Source: Candidatus Latescibacterota bacterium (lineage in GTDB: Bacteria > Latescibacterota > UBA2968 > UBA8231). Taken from it: a stretch of DNA of 64,000 bases. The number at the start of each line of letters is the position of its first letter. The stretch's first letter is position 1. Shown in pieces: positions 29,974 through 41,960 of this stretch. A program made the position numbers and the translations under genes. The stretch covers positions 5,568,001 to 5,632,000 of the forward strand of contig OZ242214.1 in assembly GCA_965206595.1 (NCBI GenBank). The letters run 5' to 3'. The notes below the pieces were generated by a model that was given only the letters and a program-made list of their open reading frames with translations, searched no databases and had not been told where the DNA came from.

Positions 29974-31053
29974 ATGGCCCGGGATTGGCTCCTTTTCGCC
30001 GGCACCTACACCGAAAACACCGACAGCAAGGGGATCTACACCTACCGCTTCGACGAAGAGAGCGGCGCCGTCGAGGCCACCGGGGAGGTCGCCGAGGTGG
30101 TCAACCCCTCTTTTCTGGCGCTCGATCCGCAGTGCCGCTGCCTCTACGCGATCGCCGAAGTCAGCGAGTACGAAGGTACCCCCGGCGGCGGGGCGCTCGC
30201 CTATTCCATCGACCCGGGCTCCGGCGCCCTGACCCCGATCAACCACCAGTCCACCGTCGGCCCCGGCCCCTGCCACCTCGTCGTCGAGGCCAGCGGCCGC
30301 TATGTGCTCGCCGCCAACTACGGGGGCGGCAGCGTGTCGATGCTGCCGATACGGGAGGACGGCGGTCTCGGACCGGCCTCCGACTTCGTGCAGCACGAGG
30401 GCTCCAGCATCGACCCCGAGCGGCAGCAGGAGCCGCACGCGCACTCGATCTTCAACGACCCGGGCAACGCCCACGCGTACGTCTCCGACCTCGGCATCGA
30501 CAAGGTGCTCGTCTACGATCTCGACCTCGACGCCGGGCGCCTGGTCCCCGGCGGCCACCACGGCGCCGTCCCCCCGGGGTCCGGGCCGCGGCACTTCGAC
30601 TTCCACCCCAACGGCAGGTTCGCGTACGCGATCAACGAGCTGACCAACACCGTCACCGTCTACGACTACGACGCCGGCAGCGGCCGCATCGACGCGGTCG
30701 AGACGGTATCGACCCTGCCCGGCGACTTCACCGGCACCAGCCATACCGCCGACGTCCACGTCACCGCCTCTGGCCGCTTCCTCTACGGCTCCAACCGCGG
30801 CCACGACAGCCTGGCGATGTTCGCCATCGACCAGGAGAGCGGCCGGCTCGAGTTCATCGGAACCGAGCCGACCCAGGGGCCCAACCCGCGCAACTTCGCC
30901 ATCGATCCGACCGACCGCTTCGTCCTGGCCGCCAACCACAACGGCGACAACATCGTCACCTTCCGCATAGACCAGCAGTCGGGAAGGCTCGAGCCGACCG
31001 GGGATTCGGCCTATGCCCCGGCCCCTGTCTGCCTGAAATTCATGCCGGTGTAG
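29974..31053 (+). CDS. 6-phosphogluconolactonase-like beta-propeller lactonase
   Basis: GTYT, NPSFL, ANYGGG, PHAH, GPRH, SNRGHDS, PRNF. Confidence 0.9.
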   Translation: MARDWLLFAGTYTENTDSKGIYTYRFDEESGAVEATGEVAEVVNPSFLALDPQCRCLYAIAEVSEYEGTPGGGALAYSIDPGSGALTPINHQSTVGPGPCHLVVEASGRYVLAANYGGGSVSMLPIREDGGLGPASDFVQHEGSSIDPERQQEPHAHSIFNDPGNAHAYVSDLGIDKVLVYDLDLDAGRLVPGGHHGAVPPGSGPRHFDFHPNGRFAYAINELTNTVTVYDYDAGSGRIDAVETVSTLPGDFTGTSHTADVHVTASGRFLYGSNRGHDSLAMFAIDQESGRLEFIGTEPTQGPNPRNFAIDPTDRFVLAANHNGDNIVTFRIDQQSGRLEPTGDSAYAPAPVCLKFMPV

Positions 31054-31080
31054 ACGATCCCGCTACAGGAGGCCGACCCC

Positions 31081-31238
31081 ATGGCACACACCTATGACGA
31101 GCTGCCATCAAGAGGCAGATCAGGGCGCTGAAGGTCGAGCGGGACGCCGCCATGCAGGCCAGGGACAAGAAGAAGCTGAAGGAAGTGCGCAGGGAAATTC
31201 ATCGACTCAAGCACAGGATTCACAAAGCCACAGTCTGA
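31081..31238 (+). pseudogene. Small basic protein gene with apparent internal deletion/frameshift
   Basis: AGGAGG SD, then MAHTYDEL in one frame and AIKRQIRALKVERDAA...IHRLKHRIHKATV* in another. Confidence 0.55.
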
Positions 31239-31273
31239 TCCGCCGCAAGCGGACGTATCGAGGAGAGCGACCC

Positions 31274-32059
31274 ATCAGACCGAACAAGCTCCGCCAGCTG
31301 CTCAACGAGGACAAACCTTCCCTCGGCACCCACATCCATTCGACCTGGCCGTCGATCGTCGAAGCGGTCGGCCACGCCGGGCACTACGACTACGTCGAAT
31401 TCGTCGCCGAGTACGGCCCCTTCGATCTCTACGCCTTCGACGATCTCGCCCGCGCCGCCGAGCTCCACGGCCTCGACAGCATGGTCAAGGTCGACCAGGA
31501 GCCGCGCGGGTTCATCGCCCAGCGCGCCATCGGCTCCGGGTTCGGATCGGTGCTTTTCGCCGACTGCCAGAACACCGACGACGTCAGGGAGTGCGTGAAG
31601 ATCGCGCGCCCCGACACCCCCGAGGACAAGGGCAGCTACGGCGTCGCCACCCGGCGCTTCTCCTACATGGGGTACGGCGGCGGCCCGGAATACGTCGAGG
31701 CTCTGCGGCAGATCGTCGTCGTCATCATGATCGAGAAGGCCGGCACCGTCGCCAATCTCGAGGAGGCGCTCTCCGTGGAGGGGGTCGACATGATCCAGTG
31801 GGGCGGCGGGGACTACTCGATGAGCGTCGGCAAGGCGGGCGAGCGGGGCTCGCCGGAGATCATGGCGACCGAGAAGAGGGTGTTCGAGACGGCGCTGCAG
31901 ATGGGGGTGCCCCCGCGCGCCGAGGTCAACAGCATCGACCACGCCAGGTACTACCTCGACATGGGCGTCAAGCACTTCTGCATCGGCACCGACATCGCCA
32001 TCCTCCACGACTGGTGGAAGAAGAACGGCGACGACTTCCGCAAGGCCATCGGAAGCTGA
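31274..32059 (+). CDS. HpcH/HpaI aldolase family protein (probable ATC start)
   Basis: RPNKLRQLL...LGTH, DYVEFVAEY, IMIEK, GGGDYS; SD GAGGAG 8 nt before ATC 31274. Confidence 0.85.
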   Translation: MRPNKLRQLLNEDKPSLGTHIHSTWPSIVEAVGHAGHYDYVEFVAEYGPFDLYAFDDLARAAELHGLDSMVKVDQEPRGFIAQRAIGSGFGSVLFADCQNTDDVRECVKIARPDTPEDKGSYGVATRRFSYMGYGGGPEYVEALRQIVVVIMIEKAGTVANLEEALSVEGVDMIQWGGGDYSMSVGKAGERGSPEIMATEKRVFETALQMGVPPRAEVNSIDHARYYLDMGVKHFCIGTDIAILHDWWKKNGDDFRKAIGS

Positions 32060-32153
32060 GCATCATTCCATCGCACCGGGGCGGCTTCTGAAGTGGGGGC
32101 CGCCCCCGGTGCGTTCCCCGGAGATCCCGGCAGGTCTCCAACCCTGCGGCGCC

Positions 32154-32825
32154 TCAGTCCAGCAGCTCGATTTTCCCCGAGGCGCCGTCTCTCAGCACGC
32201 AGAGCAGCAGCTCCCCCGAGCCGACCACGATTTCCACCGGGTTGGCGACCACCTCGTTCGAGATGCCGCCGCGTTTTCCGGGAACCAGGTCCTCCCCCTG
32301 CAGCGGCCACTTCAGCCCGGAGGTCGAGACTAGATTGGCCGGGCCGTCGAGCGGGCACAGCGAAATCTTCTGGCCCGCGCGCGCCCGGAAACGGATGCGC
32401 GATCCGACCCTTCGCAGTTCGCAGTGCTCGTCGACGAAACGCAGGTCCATCGTTGCTCCATACCGCTTGAGCAGACTGAGGTTCCAGAGCGTGTGATCGG
32501 TGCGGCGGCCGGTGAACCCGAGCAGCGCCGCGGCCTTCACGCCCAGGGCCCGGGCATGCTCGAGCACTTTCTGCAGGTCCGTAGTCTCCTGCTCGGCGAT
32601 GGCGATAACCCGCTCGCCGGGGAGCGCCGCCCGCGCTGCCGGGCTCACCGAATCGAGGTCCCCCACCAGGAAATCCGGCTCGAAGCCGGCTTCAACGGCG
32701 GCGTCGGCGCCGCTGTCCGCGCACAGCAGCAGCGGCCGCGGCCGCCTGTCCATCTCCGCCTCGACTAGCGCCCGCGAAGGGGGTTCTCCCCCTCCGACGA
32801 TGACGGCGTGGGCTGCCTCAGTCAT
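32154..32825 (-). CDS. thiN: Thiamine diphosphokinase
   Basis: CADSGA, GDLDS, QETTDLQK, GRRTDHTL, GLKWPL, GISNE; downstream of a TPP-regulated receptor. Confidence 0.92.
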   Translation of the reverse strand: MTEAAHAVIVGGGEPPSRALVEAEMDRRPRPLLLCADSGADAAVEAGFEPDFLVGDLDSVSPAARAALPGERVIAIAEQETTDLQKVLEHARALGVKAAALLGFTGRRTDHTLWNLSLLKRYGATMDLRFVDEHCELRRVGSRIRFRARAGQKISLCPLDGPANLVSTSGLKWPLQGEDLVPGKRGGISNEVVANPVEIVVGSGELLLCVLRDGASGKIELLD

Positions 32826-33038
32826 GGGCTTCGCCCCCGGCCGGGGGAAAGCACTGGTCCCGTCTCTGGATCCCGGCGCGGATTCGCGGCCTGCCGTTCT
32901 TCGCAACAGCTGCTTGGGCGCTTGCGGCCCCTCTGGAGAGGAGCCTGCCGAAGCTGTCTCTCGTCGTGGGGCGTATCCCACCGCTGCCGGCTGGCCGCGG
33001 GCCGGCTGGCGTCGTGACGACGCCAGAATCCCTTCGAT

Positions 33039-35408
33039 TTATTGGAGGACACTCGTCTTCAGGGTGACACCGAACTGCACCGGGTCGCCGTAGCTGAGGT
33101 AGAGGGTGTCTTCGTAGTCGGGCGGTTCCAGGCCGAAATTGAAGCCGCGCACCGCGTAGCGCTGATCGAGCAGGTTTCGCCCCCACAGGAGGAGGCTCCA
33201 GGATCCAGCCGCGTACTCGAGGCTGCCGTTGAGGAGCTGGTACGGCTCCGACTTCTGCTCATGGCTGTCGGAAAAGTAGAACTCGCTCATCGCCGACAGC
33301 TCGAGCCGTCCCCTCAGACCGGTGCGGTGGCGGTAGTCGCCGCCGATGCGCCAGGTCCGCGTCGGGGCGTGGGCGGCGGCCCGGTCCCCCAGCGTCACCT
33401 CCCCGTCTTCTGTGGGGAAAGCGTACTCGTCGACGTGGGTGACGAGCAGGCCCAGGGAGCCGCTCAGACGCAGGGACGGCGTCACCCGGAGGTTGTGCTC
33501 CAGCTCAAGGCCGCTGTTGCGCCCGGAGACGGCGTTGGCCGTGAAATAGAAGAAGCTGTTGGGGTCTCCCGGATCCTGCTGGCTCGACAGCTCGACCTGC
33601 TGGTCGGAACGCAGGGTATTGAAAAGGGTCAGGGCCGTGGTCGCGCGCCTCCCCGAGGAGCGGTACCCCAACTCCCAGTTGAGCACGTACTCCGGACCGA
33701 AGAGGCGGCTCGAGGCGGCCAGCCGCGGGTGCTGGTTGACCCCGCCGGCGCGGAACCCCCGCGAGACCGCGGCGTACAGGTTCCGCTTCGGCGCCAGAGT
33801 GTACGTCAGCGCCAGCTTGCCCCCGGGCAGCCACTGGGTGACCTCGAACTCCACCTGCTCGTCCCCGGAGTTGGTAGTTCCCTCGTAGGCGGTGGCGTTG
33901 CGGTCGACGCGGGCGTTGAGCGTCAGCCGCCAGCCGCGGGAAAGCTCGCGGACGTACTGGCTGTAGAAGGCGAGGTCGGCGATGTCGAAACGGCTCTGCA
34001 GGTCGGTGGCCTCGCCGCCGAACAGGTAGCCTCCGGCATCGTCGTTCTCCCGCAGGGACTTCAGGTAGGCGCCGGCGACCACGTCGCCGCTTCCGCCGCG
34101 GTCTTCCTTCAGCAGCCTGACCTCCTGCGTGAAGGTGGTCCGGTCCCGGAGGTTGCGGTCGAAGAAGTCGTAGCTCCATCCCTGCTCGTCCGGGTCAAAG
34201 CCGTACGGCTCCTGCTTCCAGAACTCGTCGTTGCCCCAGTCGCCGTCGTAGCTGTGTTCGAGCTCGGTGCGCCCCCAGGAGGTGATCGAGACCAGCTCGG
34301 CGCCGGCGCCCGCCATCGGCAGGCGGCCACGCAGGGAAGCGGCGTTTGTCGTCTGGCTGTCCACGCCCGGATTGTCGGAGTAGGTGACGAGGTCTTCGTT
34401 GTTGTCGGGCACCCAGGCGTCGTAGCCGTTGTCGAGGTCGGCGCGAAAAACCGTGGCGACGAGCGTCGCACCGGCGTCGTTCTCGTAGCGCAGCTTCGCC
34501 CGCAACAGGGTTTCGCGGCGCCGGTTCGAGTCGTCGATTCCGAGGTGCCGGTTCTCCCGGAAGCCGTTCGACCGCCCCCAGCTGCCCCCGACCCGCAGGG
34601 CCATCTCTTTCCCTGCCGGAAGGTTGAGGGTCGGGGCGAAGCGCAGCAGGCCGTCGCTGCCGGCCGAGACGGCTCCCCCCAGGCTCATGGACCGGGTGGG
34701 ATCCGCAGACTTGAGGTTGATCAGGCCGGCCATCGCGTTCGGCCCGAAGATAGTCGACTGGGGCCCCTTGAAGACCTCGGCCTGATCGAGGTCGTGCAGC
34801 ATCCCGGCCATGCCGAGGCCGCTCAGGTCGACGTCGTCCATCACGAAGCCGACCGAAAAGCTCGGCGGCCCTTCTCCGGCGTAGTGGCTGCGCTCGCCGA
34901 TGCCGCGAATCTGGAAATAGCGCGGGCGCGAGGTTCCACCCGCCCAGTTGAGATTGGGAACCGCGGGAATCAGCTCGTGCAGGTGGGCGCCTCCGGCAGC
35001 GTCGATGCGCCCCCGGTCGAGCACGGTCACCGCCGAGGGGATCTCCCCGAGCGCCTGTTCGGTGAGCCCGCCGGTGACGACCGTTTCCGCTACGGGCAGG
35101 GCCACCGGGAGCAGCCGTACGGTGATCGGCCTTGGGGCTCCCGGCAGCGCGCGAACGACCCCCGGCTCGTACCCGACGTGGCTGACCGCGGCCGAGTCCC
35201 CCGCTGCCAGCGGCAGCTCGAAGCGTCCGTCTGCGTCCGTGGCGACAGCGAGGTTTTTCGTAGTGAGGTTGGCGCCCGCCAGGGGTTGGCCGGTCGTCGC
35301 GTCTACGACCGTGCCTCGCACCGTTTCAGGAGCAGTGTAAGCGGTGGACGCCGCGATCAGGAGGGCGATCAAGGCCGGAAGGGCGGGGAACGGACTCGAG
35401 TGGCGCAT
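33039..35408 (-). CDS. TonB-dependent receptor, probable thiamine uptake
   Basis: Signal peptide, N-terminal carboxypeptidase-like domain, plug (IRGIG, EVFKGPQST), beta-barrel; TPP riboswitch upstream. Confidence 0.88.
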   Translation of the reverse strand: MRHSSPFPALPALIALLIAASTAYTAPETVRGTVVDATTGQPLAGANLTTKNLAVATDADGRFELPLAAGDSAAVSHVGYEPGVVRALPGAPRPITVRLLPVALPVAETVVTGGLTEQALGEIPSAVTVLDRGRIDAAGGAHLHELIPAVPNLNWAGGTSRPRYFQIRGIGERSHYAGEGPPSFSVGFVMDDVDLSGLGMAGMLHDLDQAEVFKGPQSTIFGPNAMAGLINLKSADPTRSMSLGGAVSAGSDGLLRFAPTLNLPAGKEMALRVGGSWGRSNGFRENRHLGIDDSNRRRETLLRAKLRYENDAGATLVATVFRADLDNGYDAWVPDNNEDLVTYSDNPGVDSQTTNAASLRGRLPMAGAGAELVSITSWGRTELEHSYDGDWGNDEFWKQEPYGFDPDEQGWSYDFFDRNLRDRTTFTQEVRLLKEDRGGSGDVVAGAYLKSLRENDDAGGYLFGGEATDLQSRFDIADLAFYSQYVRELSRGWRLTLNARVDRNATAYEGTTNSGDEQVEFEVTQWLPGGKLALTYTLAPKRNLYAAVSRGFRAGGVNQHPRLAASSRLFGPEYVLNWELGYRSSGRRATTALTLFNTLRSDQQVELSSQQDPGDPNSFFYFTANAVSGRNSGLELEHNLRVTPSLRLSGSLGLLVTHVDEYAFPTEDGEVTLGDRAAAHAPTRTWRIGGDYRHRTGLRGRLELSAMSEFYFSDSHEQKSEPYQLLNGSLEYAAGSWSLLLWGRNLLDQRYAVRGFNFGLEPPDYEDTLYLSYGDPVQFGVTLKTSVLQ

Positions 35409-35409
35409 A

Positions 35410-35455
35410 CTGAAAAAGCCGCTTTCTCCAGGTACGGGGAAAACGGCTTTTTCAG
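35410..35455 (-). promoter_or_regulatory. TPP riboswitch expression-platform hairpin (terminator/SD sequestrator)
   Basis: 12-bp inverted repeat CTGAAAAAGCCG / CGGCTTTTTCAG ending just before the ATG, with GGAGA inside. Confidence 0.75.
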
Positions 35456-35462
35456 GTGCTCG

Positions 35463-35545
35463 TCCGTTTTCCCTACGCTGGCATGATCCAGGTCAGGTTC
35501 GAAGGGTTCTGATCTCAGGCCGGATGATCGGCCGCCCCCAACGGA
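35463..35545 (-). ncRNA. TPP (thi-box) riboswitch
   Basis: Minus strand GGGG...CTGAGA...ACCCTTCGAACCTGACCTGGATCATGCCAGCGTAGGGA with P1 TCCGTT/AACGGA. Confidence 0.95.
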
Positions 35546-35741
35546 TGTTACGATGTTTCCCAAGGTAGACGACGGGGCAGGCGCGGGCAATGGGAGGTAT
35601 TTTCGAGTATGAGGGAGGCATAGAAATGACATCCACCCCCCGGACTGTCTGTCCGTTAACGGCCATGAGCAAGTTGAGATGGGGAGTATGACGGAACCCG
35701 AGGAGTCCCGTCGCAACCAGCCCTCAACGAGGAGCATGTGA

Positions 35742-36917
35742 ATGAAGATCACCGACGTGCGCACGCTCTGCCTCAGCCGCAAGCACGAACCCGACCACAT
35801 CTGGTTCAGCAGCGAGTTCCGCGTCTTCAAGGCGGACTGCCCTGTCGTCGTCATCGAAACCGACGCCGGCATCCAGGGTATCAGCGAACCATCGACCTAC
35901 GGGTATCCGCCGGCCCTGAGGGAGCGCGCCGAAGCGTTGAAATACAAGCTGATCGGCGAGGACCCGGAGGATCCGGCGCTGGTCCCGGAGAACACCGGGG
36001 ACCGCCTGGGCGACATCTTCAACGCCGGCATCGAGCTGGCGCTGTGGGACCTTCGCGGCAAGATCGCCGGCAGGCGGGTGGCCGACCTCATCCTCGACGA
36101 GCTTCCCGGCTCGCCGCCGCATCCGCGCGCGCGGATGCGGCTCTACGCCTCGGCCGGGGTCCAGTACGACTGGGACGACAACCCGGAGTCGGTGATCGAC
36201 GAAGCGGTCTCCCTCGCCGACCGCGGCTACACCGCCTACAAGATGCGGCTGGGCACGGCGTGGAGCTGGTCGGGGGTGACGGTCGAACGCTTTCTCGAGC
36301 TGGCCCAGGCCGTCACCGACGCGGTCGGCAGCCGCATGGAGCTGATGCTGGAGGGGAACTCCCGCCTCGACGAGGAGCAGGCGCTGCAGACAGGGCGCTG
36401 GCTCGACGAGCGCGGGTGGACCTGGTTCGAGGAGCCGCTGCCCAAGGAGGAGGTCGACGGGTACGCGCGGTTGAACCGGGCGCTCTCGATCCCGATCACC
36501 GGAGGGGAATCGAACAGCCGGCTGGCGGATTTTGAGCCTTTCTTCCAGAAGGGGGCCTATGCAAAGGGGCAACTCGACGTCGGGGTCTGCACCCTCAGGG
36601 AGGCTTTGCGCATCTGCCGCAGGGGTGGCGAATACGGAATCCCCGTTTTCACGCAGAACTGGCACAACGGCTTGCTGACGGTGGCCAACGCCCACCTGCT
36701 CGCCGCTCTTCCCGAGGAGCACGTGCTCGAGCAGTTCGTCGGGCAGGGTCCGCTGCAGTGGGGGATCATCGAGGGGGATCCGGTAGCGGACGGCTGGTTC
36801 ACCCTGCCGTCGGGCCCGGGTTGGGGCGTGGAGCTGGCCGCGGACCTCGAGGCGAAGTTTCCGTGGATTCCCGGCCGCTGGGGAGAGCATGAAGAGCGTC
36901 CGGCGAGTCGGGGCTGA
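35742..36917 (+). CDS. Mandelate racemase/muconate lactonizing (enolase superfamily) protein
   Basis: IELALWDLRGK, KMR, WFEEP, TGGE, PSGPGWGV. Confidence 0.88.
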   Translation: MKITDVRTLCLSRKHEPDHIWFSSEFRVFKADCPVVVIETDAGIQGISEPSTYGYPPALRERAEALKYKLIGEDPEDPALVPENTGDRLGDIFNAGIELALWDLRGKIAGRRVADLILDELPGSPPHPRARMRLYASAGVQYDWDDNPESVIDEAVSLADRGYTAYKMRLGTAWSWSGVTVERFLELAQAVTDAVGSRMELMLEGNSRLDEEQALQTGRWLDERGWTWFEEPLPKEEVDGYARLNRALSIPITGGESNSRLADFEPFFQKGAYAKGQLDVGVCTLREALRICRRGGEYGIPVFTQNWHNGLLTVANAHLLAALPEEHVLEQFVGQGPLQWGIIEGDPVADGWFTLPSGPGWGVELAADLEAKFPWIPGRWGEHEERPASRG

Positions 36918-37100
36918 AGCAGAAATGCCGGCGACTCCGGGGTTCCGCCGGAATTGGGGGCAGCCGCTGGTTCCGGTTTCCGGCAGCTTGCGGGTACGGC
37001 GCAGGCAGCGAAGACCGGGTCGAGGTGCGCGGCTGTCGGGCCGCAGCGGTCCGACAATCAAAAACCATTCGACAAGGAGCACTTCCGAAAGGTCCCGATC

Positions 37101-39890
<2,790 letters not shown>

Positions 39891-40088
39891 GTCTCGCTCG
39901 TTGCGCTGCCCGCGGGATCGCCATTCAGCGCGTCATTTTCCCGATCACCGACTGAAGTCGGCCTTGATGCGCCCCCAAGTATCGGGTGTCAGTATCTTGC
40001 CGGCGCCGCAGTCGCCGAAGAGATGGTCGATCCAGCGCACTAGACGCCAGATTCCGTCGTCGCCCTCGGAGGCCTCGGGGCGGACCCG

Positions 40089-41103
40089 TCACAAACCCGC
40101 TGCCGGGTCGACGACCTGAACCCACCAGGGAACCCCTCCGGTTTCATACCACCGCACCGGCTCGAGGGTTCCTGTATTCCCGTCGATGAGGTACTGCGCC
40201 AGCCGGTCGGCGCTCTCTCCCGCGGCGTACAGGAAGCGCCCGCCCGGCTCGATGTCGAAGGAGCGGGGCGTCTCCGGCGTCGCCGCGTGCCCGCGCGGCG
40301 CCAGCTCCCCCGTGGTTTCCGAGATCGAGAAGCAGGCGATGCTGTCGTGGCCCCTGTTGGCGGCGTAGAGGAAGCGGCCTCCGGGATGGATCAGCATGCG
40401 GGCGGTGGCGCCGCCGCTGAAACCGGGGGGCAGCGTGGTCGTCGTCCGCAGCGGACCCAGGGTGCCGCTGGCTTCGTCGAAGCGGTACTGGGTGACGCTG
40501 TTGCCCTGCTCGTTGCCGGCGTAGAAGCCAGCGCCCGTTGGGGTGGAAGTGCACGTGCCGCGGCCCCAGTTGCGCCCCTGCCGTCACCTTGGCAGGGGCG
40601 TTCGTCTCGAGCATCCCGCCGGCGAACCGCAGCTGGAAGATCGCGTTGGCCGGGCAGGTATGGGGGACGAAGAGGAACCGGTTCCCCGGATCGAGCGCCA
40701 GGCCGTGGGCATGCAGGTCGGTGTCGACGACCCATGAGAGGGGTTCGCGCGCGGCCCCGTCCTCGCCGACCGGGTAGACGGTGACCTTTCCCGAGACGTA
40801 GTAGGGGGTCAGGAGCCAGCGCCCGCCGCGGTCGGTCAGCAGGTAACCTGGGTCCTCGAGGCCGGTGTCGATGGTGTGGAGATGGGCGAGCCGGCCGCTG
40901 GCCGCGTCGATGCGGAAGCTGAGCAGTCGCCCGTTCGAGCGCATGGCCGCGTACAGGACCGGAAGGCGGCAGTGACGCCCCTGGACGCTCGGCGCCCCGG
41001 GGACCGGCTCGTTGCGCAGGTGCTCGAGGTCCCCGGTTTCGCGGTCGACGCGATAGCAGGCGAGCTTCTCCTCACCGGCGAGGGAGAGGTAGAGGAAGCT
41101 CAT
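40089..41103 (-). pseudogene. Beta-propeller lactonase, frameshifted
   Basis: N-part to GPRHVHFHPNGRW; an extra base near 40528 shifts frame; the continuation FYAGNEQGNS...ANRGHDS...PRSF ends at 40089. Confidence 0.8.
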
Positions 41104-41112
41104 CGCCGGCCT

Positions 41113-41919
41113 TCAGCTCCGCTGCGGAGGACGGTGCGGCACCAGGGGCTGCAAGATCTCGCGCCGCTCCGGGGTCAGCCGCTGCAGCAGCTCCGGCGAC
41201 GGCTCGTACCCGAAGCGGTGGCGGTACATGTCCGGCAGGTAGCGGAACACCAGTGACCGGCGCCGGCCCTCGTTGCTGCGCGCCGCCGACCCGTGAATCA
41301 GCATGTCGTTGATCAGCAGCGCATCCCCGGCCTCGAGATGCATTTCCGCGGTGCCCTTGATCTCCTCTCCCGGGACGGGGGTGATGCTGGTCCCCGAGGA
41401 CTGCTGCGGGTGCTGGAACGCCGACTTGTGGCTTCCGGGTATGAGCACGGTGGCCCCGTCCCCGGTCCCGATGTCGTCGAGGGCGGCGATCAGGGTCAGG
41501 TACTGGATGCACCACCTGCCGCCGTCGACGCCGCTGCGCACGCGCCCGTCCCCGAGCTTCCAGCCCCCCGAGTGCACCCCGATATAACCCCCTTTTCCGC
41601 GCAGGTTGAGGAAACACTCGTGGATGAAGGGGCCCCAGGATTCTCCGAGGTAGTGGCGCACCAGGCCGATCCAGGCCGGGTGGTCGATCAGGCGTTCGAA
41701 AGGCTCTCCCGCCTCGATGATGTTCTGCAGGTTGAAGCCATCGATGCTGCCGTAGGTGTGGGCTTCCATGTTGCCGAGCCACTCGCAATTCTCCAGCTCC
41801 GGCAGGCCGTCCGCCCAGTCGTTTAGCTCCTTCAGGTGATCGGCGTCGAGCGCCTTGGGCAGGATGCAGTACCCTCGCAGGTCGAAGAAGAACTCCTCCA
41901 TCTGGGTGGGGGCGGGCAT
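41113..41919 (-). CDS. PhyH family dioxygenase-like protein
   Basis: FFFDLRGY, DGATVLIPGSHKS, GDALL..HGS; SD CAGGAG before ATG 41919. Confidence 0.85.
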   Translation of the reverse strand: MPAPTQMEEFFFDLRGYCILPKALDADHLKELNDWADGLPELENCEWLGNMEAHTYGSIDGFNLQNIIEAGEPFERLIDHPAWIGLVRHYLGESWGPFIHECFLNLRGKGGYIGVHSGGWKLGDGRVRSGVDGGRWCIQYLTLIAALDDIGTGDGATVLIPGSHKSAFQHPQQSSGTSITPVPGEEIKGTAEMHLEAGDALLINDMLIHGSAARSNEGRRRSLVFRYLPDMYRHRFGYEPSPELLQRLTPERREILQPLVPHRPPQRS

Positions 41920-41960
41920 GATGTCGATCTCCTGGGCGGGGGAGCGGTGTCCGGTCGGCA

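Noticed and set aside
33042-35486. Long antisense ORFs (also 11059..13212, 35724..37934, 59209..61113, 4981..6660)
   Set aside because: They are shadows of real genes on the opposite strand, typical of high-GC DNA, and carry no motifs.
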